Below are positions 38,580 through 52,004 of a DNA stretch of 64,000 nucleotides, piece by piece. Source of the DNA: Antedon mediterranea. Lineage: Eukaryota > Animalia > Echinodermata. The translations under genes were made by a program, and so were the position numbers. The notes beneath the pieces were generated by a model. The model searched no databases. It was given only the letters and a program-made list of their open reading frames with translations, and was not told where the DNA came from. Position 1 is the stretch's first letter; each line of letters begins with the position of its first letter. The DNA is taken from contig NC_092675.1 in assembly GCF_964355755.1 (NCBI RefSeq), positions 21,114,912 through 21,178,911 on the forward strand, read 5' to 3'.

Positions 38580-41500
38580 CAGAAACAATACTGTGGTAAA
38601 TCAATAGTATCATTTACACCTTCTAATTTTCATCAAATTTCATACCCAGACCCCCTGAAACTATACTCGGTCATTTATAGTATGTTACTAAATTAAAAAT
38701 GTTAAAGATTAGCAAATTTAATTTAAATACGTAAACAAAGACAATGGTTTCTCTGCTCCAACTTTGGGGTTGCAGGACAACTAAAATCTATTGAGATCTA
38801 TGTTTATTCAATAAGACCCTAATGGTGATAAACAATGAAAAATCCCAATATCTAAGTACATAACATTTTTTTTTTACATTGAACATTGGCATAGCCTAAT
38901 CAAGGCATTGATAAAGTAGTAATGTTATCTACCTTATGAAAGGTTATCATTCATACTTTGTTTGACTGCCCTTTTGAATTGATTGCCTTATTAATATACA
39001 GTTGAATATAAATGGCAAATAATCCTATCAATTTGATATAATATCGACAGACACCAACAGAACATCATTACAAAGAAAGCCCTTACAGATGATCCTGTTA
39101 GCATGATCTCATGGGGCCTAGAGCTTGGTAAATCTAGAAGTAACCCTGACAGACTAGCCTCTGACATCATACAAGTCAAATAGACCTCATAACTATCGTA
39201 ATTATACATGCCACAACAAATCAATGCAACTACTGTATACCTACAGTTATAACACACTACTACACAAGCAATGTTACCATTTTTTCGTCAGCAATATTGA
39301 CCAGGGTATAAGATATCCTGAAGCTTTTTAGTAAAGAGCACACAAATTAATAATAGTTCAAGTTATTATACACAATTCTAACGAACATAAATGACAGCAC
39401 TTGTAAGAGGAATTCTATGAATGGCTATAATCGTCAAAATGAATTTAACTCAATTAATTGTTCCGTTTCAGGCAATCCTAAAAGAACACTGATATAGTTC
39501 TTCGATATGGTTTACATTATATGATACCTAAACAGCTATTTCTATTAGAAAAACGATTCTTTCTTGGTATAATTTGAACGGCTTAATAAATTGCTGATGA
39601 TGGATTTAATAATCGTGTGTCGATATTAAATGATGCATTATTTATTAAATCTTAAAAGAATGCAACCAGATATCTAAAATACTTTACTTAACAGTCTAAG
39701 TTATAAGCTCCAAGCTGATTGAATTTTAATAAATTGACAGCCTCACTTTAAAAGTTTCTCTAGAAGCTCAAACTTTATTTCAATAACTTTCACAATTTCA
39801 TGTAGACATTTATGTGTTCCATTTGAAGTAAAATCAAGAATACTGTAATTGCTTCAATATAAAATTTAACTAAATCCAGAAAAATTAGAGAACATGTTTG
39901 ATAAGTATACTGGTTAGGCCTGGATTCAAACTAAGCGACAGGATATGACTGGTAGTAAAATGGCCTTTGACAAGAAAAAGAGGCCCAGCTAGTACCTGGC
40001 TCATACCTAGGCCTACTATTAATTTAAATGAGGCCTAGGTGATATATTAAGGTACTTCAGTAGTGGGAAATGGATAGATATTATAATCCATCATAATATT
40101 TAGTGTTAAAATTCCTATACTAGACATACAGTCCTGTACATTAAATAGAGTAGAGAGCTAACTGAGCAAAAGATTATAAGATGGAATTTACAGTACAAGA
40201 TGGTCGTCAATTTGTAATATCCAAATTCAAAAATGATTTTTCACAATGTTTGTGAACCACATAAACATCACAAACCGTTTTTCTTGGGACAGTTTTATCA
40301 ATTAACATGTAATAGTAGTACTTGTTTTGTTTAAGCAATATAAGTAAATTTACAAGGTGGGGAGTGAGGGGGAGAAAATTGGTTGGGTAAAGACAAAGTT
40401 TGGAAATAAAAATAAAAGTGATAGTACTGAGCCAATAGAGCAGTTAATTCTACTTTATTTAATAGAAACTATAGGATATTGCAATATGTTCAAACAGTGT
40501 AACAAATTAATTGCAGGGTCTTCTAATCAAATTACATCAACTTCATTAACTTGAATTAATTACTTTTGGCTATTTGTAAACAAATTACTTATTTTTCTCT
40601 CTTCTAATACCTTCTAATACTGACAGTGCAAATCACATTGTGGCACTGCAGCTCGTTGCAGGTAAATACGTGTCTAGAATTTACAGTGCTAGGTTCTATT
40701 CCAGTTTTTTCAGCATGTTCAAATAATTCAATTTTTTAAATATCAAGGTTACATCAAAAAGCATAAAATGCAATGTTAAAAATTATTTTAAAGGATTAAA
40801 TTATATTAGATTAGATGTACTGTATGCTATTAATACTTGAAGCAACCATTTGTGGATTACTAATTAAATACAATTACTTTTACTAAATTATAGGCAAAAT
40901 TGTTAATAATCGTTTTAACTAAAGCACAAGGAAATTAATAACAACTTCTGATTGATGTAATGGATTAATAAATAATTAATAAATTTAAATTAATACCAAT
41001 AAATGATAAATCAAAATAATGAATAGATTAGCATTTGTAAACTTGTCGAGAAAATTCCATGAAGAAAAAGATGGCCCCTCAAGTTCAGACTTTGCTGATC
41101 TTTCAAACTCTGTCAATTTACCATTAAGCGATGAAGCTTATTTATTGACTTAAGGATGCAGGCAGGTCAGGGGTTAATTTCTAAGCTCATTTTCTCGTTC
41201 ACAGTAGGCAGGCTTGCTGTTAACCAGTAATGAACTCAATGTTAGGCCAAGATGGTGGTGCTTGTTTTTAACCCTGTTGCATTCACCAATGTGGTGGGTA
41301 TAAACCAAGCACAAACACATGCAGTGAATTTGCCATTGTGACGAAAATACCACAAGAGTGAGTCAAACATAACTGTGATCAGTACTTTTAAATTATTGAA
41401 GGAAAAATGAATCAAAAACTAATAAAAGAACTGAATTTCTTAATTGTACTCCATTCTATGTACAATATGTGTAAAATATACTTTTGTTGTTTTTATATAG

Positions 41501-44500
41501 CACAAACAAAAATGGCCAGAAAAAAAACATTGTGAGAGTGTGTGCTGCTGTTTTTCTTTATAAATAAAAGGTTTCAAAGTAAAATAATCTATTTACAAAA
41601 ATAATAAAGGATTTGTCTTCAAATGAATGTGAACTGTTACTATTTTAGGTTTAAAAGGTATATTGTAATGTAAACAAGTAAACAATATACAACAACAGTA
41701 AAAAACAGAGAAAGCAAAATAAAAACAGTATCAAAAAGAGAAGAAAAAAGAAATCTGGTTAAATATTGGGTATTCAATGAAATGCTTAAGGAAAGAGAAA
41801 AAGGGATAATTCAATACTTGGAGTTTAGAAAGTGAGCAATTCCCAAAGTTAATTTCTACATTCATTTAGTACTTACTATACCTATAGGACTTATTCACTT
41901 CTGCCATTCATCTACTGTACTTCCAGTGAGAGGTGACAAGGTGAAACAGTTTCTCCCATGAGGGGAAAAGAACTTTCAAAGAAATGTTCAGAAGGAAAAG
42001 GTGAGAGATGATGAATACAAATCATGTTTCAGATCGAACACAAAGACCAGCATGTCACAACATCTCTAAATAAACAATTGTTATTTTATTTACAGTATAA
42101 TAATCTACCCAAAATAATGAAAGTATAAGATTTTATATTTATAATTTTTTTTATAGATGTTTGTGGGGTTTAGCAAAATTTCAATATTTAGCCTTAGTGG
42201 AAAAAGGCAAATAGGTTGCGACTTGCCAAGTAGTACTCAACAAGTTGTTTGTGCTTGAAAACTGGTTCATGATACGGTCAGGCCGAATCTTCCAGCTGTT
42301 CCTAGAGCATTAGAAACTAAAGCTTGGTGGGTGATGGAATACAAAATAAAGTAGGTCTACTGATGGTCAGTCATGATGATGGTCTATTGAATTTTAAATT
42401 CTATAACAATGGCCCATACGCAAACACATATTCTATTTAAATTTATAAGCCTGTTATTATGAACACACGGAACGTAAAATACTGTAATATTATTTGGATT
42501 AGGACCCACAGAGTTTACTAAAAATACTCACTTTAATACTCACTATAATTTTGTAAATTACATAAATTGATTGAGAAAAACCAACAAAACTTTGACCAAC
42601 AATGAAATGCAGCCACGTAAAATACTGTAGATTACAGAACGAAGAAAAAAAACAACTGAAATATTGTTTTAAATGTCATTTAAAAAAAAAATGGAGTCAA
42701 GTTTATAAATGACAGCACTGTGTTAAAGAAAAAACTAGTTCATCATTGTATTATGACACAAAAATATGATAGAAAAACAGGAAAACTAACAAAATAGCAA
42801 ACAACGAAAACTAGGTAAATCATTTGATACAAACTAATGCGATACTGGTAAAATGCTCAGACACAAAGGAGGGTGAGCTATAGGATCATTTCTACTTGGA
42901 CAATTAACAAGGCCGTGTACCATGCTCCACTGATTACCAATTAAATCATATTTTAAGTTGCCAACTTAAGCACGCTTATCAACATAACTTGCTATTTATA
43001 CCATCATTTATTACTTCCAATTCAGGTATTGTGCCAAATGCCTCACAGAGTTTGTTTGTTTGCACACCTTAACGGCGAAATGAACATTGAAATTATGATA
43101 TTAAGAATTTAAAAAAACCATATTACTATAAAGTTTGGTGGAGCTTAGAAAATGGGCGTGAACTAGATAACGATAACACATTTAGCATCAATAACACTAT
43201 AGCAGGACTTGATTCAGTACTACTACAGTACTAGCCTACTATTACTATTTTTCCCTTCTTTTCCTCTCTTCATTACTGCGGGCTAGCAAAGAAACTTAGT
43301 TGTAAAACAAACAGTACTTTTAATTGCAAGAATTTCCCTAAATTGTTTGTTCAAATCGTACAATTTGTATCACCATATTTGTATTATATTGGTCTTTTAA
43401 AACCTTAATACCCTTGATTAAAGGTTTGGGCTAGCAAAATGAAACGTGGGCTAGTAAAATCTGGCAAAGTGATTTACAGTACAATAAATCAATCCCTCCA
43501 TAGTAAAATTATAGATGAAACACAGAGTGAATACAAAGGAGTTTTGACCTAAATTTGTAACAATAAAAATAATTAATTAATGGTTAGTAATGAGTATGTT
43601 ACTAAAAATAACATCTTTTACAGACAATAAAATCATAGTTTAATTGCTAAACTCCCACATAAAGTTGATAATAAATAGCCAGTGTCTCTTAAGCATAGAT
43701 AGGTGCACTGTCCTTCACTAACTCTGTTTATATCTTTTCTTAGATCTGCATTTGTAATAAATATGTTTTAATTCAATTTAAAATTAGATTGATATTCTAA
43801 ATCATTGCACTTAAAAATAGGTACACTGATTTTTAAGATTTTACTGTTTGCTCAAACTAAATTATTTCTGAATTATGATTCTCTCTCTGGAGAATCTTTT
43901 CGCAGGTTTCAAGTACAAAACTACTATAAATGTTGGTTTCGAAGATTTCAAATAAGCTGCACAATGCTTCGTTTAGAGCACTGACTGACAATCAATGGCA
44001 TGGAATAATTAAAATTAGTAATTCATTTATTATCTAACCATGACATTAGTTGCTTTTCATTGTCTACAAAAGTAAGTGAACTTTGATCAATTCCAAGGTC
44101 AGCTGACAGTCTTTTTACATTTCTTATAGCGATTTATGATTAAAAATTCATTTCAAATTCATACAAATCCATTGCTGTGGTTAATATCATTAAAATTCAC
44201 TTACTTAGATACATTAAGAATTACTGAATGAATTTTGCACTCAAAATTTTAATACTGCTAAATAAATAATTCATTATCGAAAGATTAGTGTTGAAGAATC
44301 CATATATGAAATATACAGTTCACATGTAATATTCATTTTAAACAATCTTTAAAGTAATGAATTTGTCGACGAACACAAAAGCAGTGAATTCCTATAAGGG
44401 ATTTGAAACGAGACCATTATATGGGTTTGTTAGGCAAGTCACAGAACAGTCCGTTGTATAACCACCTGGATTGGGTATAACATTATCTGGATTTGTATTA

Positions 44501-45279
44501 TAAATGGCAATCCTTACAATGATTTGGGAATAAAGGCAGAAAAGAACACTCTTTAATAACCCATAAAACTGTCAAATAACACCTAATAAGATATCCGCTT
44601 CAGCAACTCTTTACTCAAAAGACACTAACAAATTACCATCTTATCATCCGAGGCCTTCTTCGCATATATTTATCTTTAGTGTTGTGTGTTTTGATGGTTT
44701 TTTCTTACAGATTTTGTCAAGTTGGCAAATTTATATGCGTTACATCTATCCAAATATATAGCTTTCCACAACTCAACGATCTATTTAATATTCTTATGGG
44801 GCCATGATAAATTTGACAATAGGTAATTCTCATGTCGTGCATGATTTTCTGTCTTGCATTAAAAGTCAATGACTGTTTAATATGCTAGATTAGTATCTGA
44901 TAATTATCCAAGTTTCAAGTCTAATTTAATATTTCTATCATCATTTTTCCACTGCAGTGGAACTAAATGATGTTGTTTCTATAACGTACAGTATGACCAT
45001 GTCCATATAGTATTACCACATACCATAAGGCATGACAAATTAGTTTTTTGAATTTGTTTCTGTAATATTTATTGTTTTTGTGTAAACTTTGTTTATCACT
45101 TAGAATGTTTGTTAATATTATAAAATTTGTTACATTCCATTATGTTCAGACCAATACAGTACTCACAGTATGATTATTTGGTATATGGGTCCTTAAGCCT
45201 AAACATCACTACTTTACACAGGGCGTATACATTACCAACAATTAGTATATTATGATGCAAATTGTACCTGGAAATGATC

Positions 45280-45512
45280 TAGATGACATATTTTCATCAG
45301 CACCACCTGATGATAACCTTTGTTCATCAGCACCACCTGATGATGACCTATGTTCATCAGCACCACCTGATGATGACCTATGTTCATCAGTACCTGATGA
45401 TGACATATGTTCATCAGTACTGATGGTGACTTATGTTCATCAGTACTGATGATGACCTATGCTCACCACTACCTATGATGACCTACAGTATGTTCATCAT
45501 CAGATTGACCTA
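45280..45512. repeat. Minisatellite, 24-30-bp unit x ~8
   Basis: Unit GATGACCTATGTTCATCAG(CACCACCT/TACT)GAT; explains the repetitive ORF 45252-45449. Confidence 0.92.
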
Positions 45513-48500
45513 TTGTAAGATTGCTAAATCATAACTTCACCAATAAGAAAGTATCTCAAATGTTTCAAATACTGTACAATTGCACTTTTTTCACTTTTAT
45601 TATAGAATTTTCTTTGGGAAAAGTCGAATGATCCAATTTTCACCTGCCTCTATTTATCTCAATGTAGTTGTTTTTCTTTAGCAGCAATTGTTCTTGGACT
45701 AGACAGTACGCAATTGAATGTTAATACGCTATTTCAATAAAATTAATATAATGGTCAATCTAGGTGTCAGGGCAGGTGGAAACGGAGCAATAAATACACA
45801 GTAAATATAATAATTATTTTGTTACAATATACTAATATTCTTATAGCACTACTACTGTATAACCATGACAAAGTACTATATTTCATTTACTTACAAATTA
45901 CATTCATAATAAAAAAACACACATAAAAAGTCAAGAACATGAGATTTGCCACATTTTCTGAATAAAAAGGAATATGCCCCTCATAAAATCAAATAATTAT
46001 TTACGATACAGTGTACAACTTCTTGTAATTGCACATACTGTACGGTAAAATGTTTTAAATTTTGTTCTGCCAAAATTAAATAATATATTACAACAGATAT
46101 TAAAATTGTGATTATTAATTACCATACAGTATATTTGTTCTTTAAAAAAAAAGTTAATTTTGATTTACAATATACCACTTACAGTACTGTAATTGAACAT
46201 ACTGTATACATTTTGTTGCCAGAATTATTTATATACAGATAATACTTTATTACATTAAAACCATGACATTGAGATAAGATGAAACCAATGATGTCAGTTT
46301 ACAAGACAATGGAACAATACAACAGTGACAACATTGATACGAGTGATTAGAAATATGTAATACTCTATAATACTTTGAATAGAGAGTAAATTATGATAGT
46401 TGGGAATGAACTACTAAAGCATGGATCAGGAAGACACTGGCCTTGGATGACTTCAGTGACTGTATAGGTATTGACATAATAACAGCTTAGACTGTGATGT
46501 TATTATTAACATGTTTAATTTGTGTATTGTACCATGGCAAAAATCATATTTTCTCTATTTAATGTGCACATATTACAATATTTGTTTTTTTTTCTTAAAA
46601 AACCAAATCTTTACTTATTTTTGATAAAATTTACAATGATTTCTAAATTTTGCGTTTTTTATAAACCTTAACACTAATAACAGTATAAATGTATTGTGCT
46701 TTTAATGGCAGTGAAAAAACTATCTTTTGTTATTGGTTAACCTTTACCCTCAATCTATATATTTGTCATCTTTCGATTTTTCATTTTCATTATTTCCAAC
46801 GATCCAGGACACGTTTCTCATCAAAGAAAACATTAAAACCGAATGTAAAAAACCTCAACACTCAATCTTATAACAAGTCCATAAAAATCTGTTTTTATTG
46901 TACTGTCACAGAAAATGCGTAACAGAATTCTCCCGCTGCGCCGTGAGGCTCCTGCCTGGCAGTATAAGCAACCTAATATCTGTACAATATTGCACAACGA
47001 CTTTGGCACAGAAATAAAAATTTCTTGAGGAAAAAAAAAAAAAAACTCATTAATAACATGTAGTAACATGCAACGCATACAGACTATAAAATTGTTCTAG
47101 AGGAGTAGTTTATAGAGTTACCCAACCCACTTTAATAACATCTCAATGCGCTCATAGCTAACGTCTACTGCGAACAACATACTCAACAATATGGCTTAAA
47201 AATTGTCCCCGATTTAGGTCGAGTTCGGATTTTGATTTTTATTGTAAAGATTGATTGGTTATAAAGTAGGTTGAACCTTCAATATAAGAAAAATATCAGT
47301 TTAATAGCATAACTAATAATCTACCTTTTATATGTAAGTTTACTTTTCTGATTCTAGCTCTAATTTTAACCGGAATGACACGTAGAATACGAACATTGTT
47401 TGGTTTTCTTGATAGTTGATTGGTTGGTGTTAACAGCAGTAACATTGCTTTACTCTGAACTCTTTGGCGCATATACAGTACTGTGTAGAGTACAACTTCA
47501 ATAAAACACAGTTTAAATTATTATTTTTTCTAAAATACAGTTTGGGCCATACTTTGGTTTTCATACTGACAGTAAGAGTTTAGGAGAGTTTCAGGTTTTC
47601 AGAGAGTCAACTGTATATAATGCAATACTGTATGTTATTGTTAGTGTTATACAGATTTGTTTAAACTAACGAAATGAATCATTTTATGTCATGAAAACAC
47701 AACTTACAAGTGGAATAATGTTATAAATATACCCCTGATGAATACAATTAGGCCATTGGTGTTGTCAGTGCTACTACATCTTTCTAGACAAATGAAAGTG
47801 ATAGTTATTGGAAAGCAATCATCTGCCATTACCAATTGTAAGCTCTCATACTGTGACCTTCTTGTGTTTATTTCCACATCCTTCAGATTAAATAACAGCT
47901 AAATAATGCCTTGAAATAAACTCCACAAACACCAACTGACCACAGTCAGTTGTGTACGTTTTGTTACCCTACTTTGTATTATAGCTAGGCCTAGAATGAA
48001 CACAGCCTATAGGCCTAGTTTTAACCACAATGAGAAAGCTTTGTTGGAATTCAAATGAATAGGACTACAGTTTGGCATAGACAGTCTAAATTTGAAGATC
48101 GAAGAATTCATTCCAAAGTAATAAACTCATTCACATATTATTATTTTGTTGTTGTAAAGAATCATATTAATGCTACAGTACAACAATGTCATTAAAATTA
48201 TCAATATTGGAGATAATTAGAACACCACATTATGTATAATATTACATACAGTTCAAAGCTCATGTGCATTACCATTTCCATTAATACTCACTATAATAGC
48301 ACAATATAAATAATAAATGTTTTTGATAAATTTATTGTTGGATTAAGGAATGTTTACCACACTAAAGAAATATCTAGTCAGTATAATAATAATTACAAAA
48401 ATTGTTATTATTTTTATTTTTTTATATAGTAAATGAATGTATTTTTGGTTGCTGTCAGCCTTAAAACAATTTAGTTTGTTCCTACTTTATAATTTTACTG

Positions 48501-48594
48501 TGCTTACTGTACATGTAATTTATTTTCTCCAAAAACGACAGTGTTAAAAAATCACACTGCACTAGGGGCTTCTAATTTGTAAGGGTTACTGTAT

Positions 48595-49462
48595 GGCCCT
48601 GTTTCTGCTGCCAATCCCAAATATACCGTATAAATATACCGTATATATACCGTATATGAAATTCGTGCACCGTTTCCGCTGCACATACTTCGTGGGTGGG
48701 CTGTAAAAAAAGTTGGCTTTCATATACCCAAATGCATTTTGTGAGACGGAAGTATGGATTGACCTAGAGTCTCGTGTAGTGAGGTTACATGACAAAAACA
48801 AAACAATGATGGTTTCTCAAAACGTCTTAGCATTGCTTTCTATTTTAAATCTAATGATCAGAAGTGGCAACGAATTTACATCGCACAAACAATCTAGAAA
48901 TGTAGAATGGGCATTGACTACTGTACATTTATGCAAAGAAGACGACGGCGTTTGCCGATAACTTTGGCGTTATTAAGTCTACCACAAATTCTGCTTTTAT
49001 TTTGTTTGAGATACTTTTGTAAATCTCGGTATCTCTTCTGTTGCCATGTAGTCTCCCCCCAACCTTCGCTTCTCCCCACAATTGAATTGCAAAAATAGTT
49101 ATTTCTTCAGTCCACAGTGATATTTTGATCTGTTGCTTGCTTATTATACAGTACACGTGTGTGTCAATGCAGCAGAAAAACCAAACAAACGCGTCACGCT
49201 CTGTTAGTTTTTGACCTCGTGTCATGGGCCGGGTCACATATACGGTATATTTTGAGTGCAGCAGAAACGGGGTACGAAATATACGGTATATTTTGGAATA
49301 TACCGTATAATATCCACAAACGATGGGGATATTTATGCGGTATATATACCGCATATATATACGGTATATTTTTTATGAGACCCATTTCTGCTGCCAAAAA
49401 ATATACCGTATATAAAATATACCGTATATATACGGTATATTTTTGGCAGCAGAAACGGGGCC
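48595..49462. mobile_element. PIF/Harbinger-type non-autonomous element (868 bp), TAT duplication
   Basis: TIRs GGCCCTGTTTCTGCTGCCAA / TTGGCAGCAGAAACGGGGCC, many subterminal ATATACCGTA/TACGGTATAT repeats, TAT on both flanks. Confidence 0.9.
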
Positions 49463-51840
49463 TATGTTAGAACTAAAATTTACTGTCATAAAACATTTGT
49501 TTTTAAACCGATATCATTAAAATGGCCAATCAAGCCATTTATTTTCATGTAACAAATTTAGGTCATAGAGGTCAAAGATACCAGTCCATTTCATTCTGGT
49601 TTAATGATTAAAACATTTTGATTTTAAAGTAAACATTTGGTACGTTTAAAAATTTACAAAATTTAAAAAAAATGTAATCTTTATATTCAAATTTATTCCA
49701 ATATATTTTTTTCAGGTGGTTTTGAAACAAAGCAATAGTACTGTATAGTTTGAACACACATTCTCTATTAATCTACGATGAAAATTCTGAAATAAAATTA
49801 TATTAAACCACCATACTTTATTATAATGTAACTCTCAGATGGTGACTGAATTTAGATGAGGTTCTTATTATTATTATACAAGTACACGTAGTACACAACA
49901 CATCCCGTGCTGTATATAATCACTCAGACGGAATCCTAAGCATCGCGACTAACAGTTTACTTAAATTACTGGGAAAAAAACTGGAGCAAGTGATTCATCA
50001 CAGGTTCACCAGAAGCAAAAAAGCAGCAGAAATCATAACGTGCGCCTTGAAATGTTAAAAGGCATGTTTCAATCTAACGTACAACACTACGGGGAACAAT
50101 TGCCTTAACAAATTCAAATGTATTCAGAGAGGATTGTTTCATATAAATCATCCCTTTAAATATTACTTGTGCCACAAAAGTGATTTTTATCTGTTTTATG
50201 CTTTTATTAGATATAATGCTCGTTACATTCGAAATGGAACCCTTTTAAGTTTCAGAGACTGTAATCCTTAAAACTAAAACAACCTCATTTGCATAATATA
50301 AATAATTAAGTGCAACGCATAGTTGGAAGGATATTAACTTGCATAATTAAAAGCAAATTAATAATTTTACTTAAAATAGTAATTACAGTACACAGTACTA
50401 AATGTACTCTTTACCCACTTCCAATGCCTACAATACTGTAATTAAAAAAACTGACTACCTAACTGCCTAACAAATAGTAGAAACAATTATTCTATAAACA
50501 TTGCTATAATAAAACAATTTCTAATAATGTATTGGTTTCTCTATTTATGACATGTATGTATGCATAATAATTGTGTTTTTATCACCTGACCCATTATCAA
50601 CACAGACTACACAGCTTGTCCTATATAACATTGTCTGTGTCATTAATATTGCACTAAAAAGTGCACTCCCTGAAAGAGGGTACAAGCTTGTTTACGTCAA
50701 GTTAGAAACTAGAGTACATATGATCAGTTGAAAGATTGCAATAAATGAAGTGGAATGCCTGCCCCTTCAGGCATGTCATAGGTTTTCCTGAAACAGGACC
50801 TATAATAGTTCCTTACTTCCTCAGCATAGGAAGCACAACACAATAAGACCACACAGTAACGCACAAAACAAGCACAGCTCGTCAGTTGTCGCAGCCCAAA
50901 AACAGGATTGGTGACTTCACAGCTAATTCTTTCCGCTTGACTGCACGCTTTGTTAAAATCAAATCGCTCTAATCTTTAAGACTTTTAAAATTCTACGACT
51001 CATTTACATACAATAACTATACATGCTTTCATTTGAAATAGACACTCTCCGAACAAAAAAAAATGAACATTTTCAACAAAAATTCTTCATTAATATTTGC
51101 TTGAGTTATTTTTATGATTTTTTGTTTTAAATTCCTGAATTTTAAAATAGTTTTAGTTTACTACAGGAATTAAAACAAAAAAATCATTCATTTACAGTCA
51201 ATTTTGTAACAAATTGCAATTTGAAAATAAAACAAGCTTATTATTAGTTACAACTTTAATACAGTAGCTTCAAACTAGTAAAAATATCACTATACATAAA
51301 ATCAATAATCATTTTTTTAAAAGCATGGTTTAAAAAGGTTAAAAAATGAACATCAATATGCCTATAAACTCATTCATTTACCTAATTATCAGTAACACTT
51401 GACATTATAACAGAGAATAAAACCACTATACATTGTAGTTGATTTATTGTTAGTAATACACAGAGCTGGATGCTAGAAGCATTGTGAAAATACCTACCAT
51501 CGATTCAGGTTAATTTTATAAATGACAAATAACACACTTAAATTAAAACAACCAAGAAGAAGGTTTATCAATGAGAGTGTTCACTATTAAATACAGATGT
51601 GTTCAAAACAAGCAACTGTAATCTATAGCCATACATCTTCTAAAATTACAAACTTGCATTGAATGTTTTTGTTACAATTGTTTTTTTTTTTAAAGCTTTC
51701 CTTTCCTTTTCAATACTGTTTGTAATGATTAATGGATACAACATACAGCAGGAATACACTGTTATAGCATTTTCTATGTTTAAACACAATAGGTTTGCGT
51801 GATAAAGTGTTATACTTTACTGTACAAGATATTGTCAGTT

Positions 51841-52004
51841 AAAGTGGGACCCCTCCTTTGGGACATCCTTATTCAGAGGGACACCAATAATAACGGGTCC
51901 TTTTCCTATTGAGGGGAAAATATATTTTATAACATTACAGTCAACACCTATTTAGAGGACATCACTTCATTATTAGGGGTCCCTTAATAGAGGTTCTATT
52001 TGTA
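51841..52004. mobile_element. Degenerate pogo/Tigger-like (Tc1/mariner superfamily) MITE
   Basis: Right end GTCCCTTAATAGAGGTTCTATTTGTA, internal TACAGTCAACACCTATTTAGAGGACA and repeated GGACA motifs. Similar ends at ~10831-10844 (GAGAGTTGACTGTA) and ~47602-47615 (GAGAGTCAACTGTA). Confidence 0.6.

Noticed and set aside
45252-45449. Repetitive protein ORF (SSAPPDDDLC)n
   Set aside because: Simply the translation of a 30-bp minisatellite; no splice or promoter support.
48586-49470. Cluster of overlapping ORFs suggesting a transposase
   Set aside because: Short, Y/I-rich translations of subterminal repeats; no DDE or Myb-like motifs.
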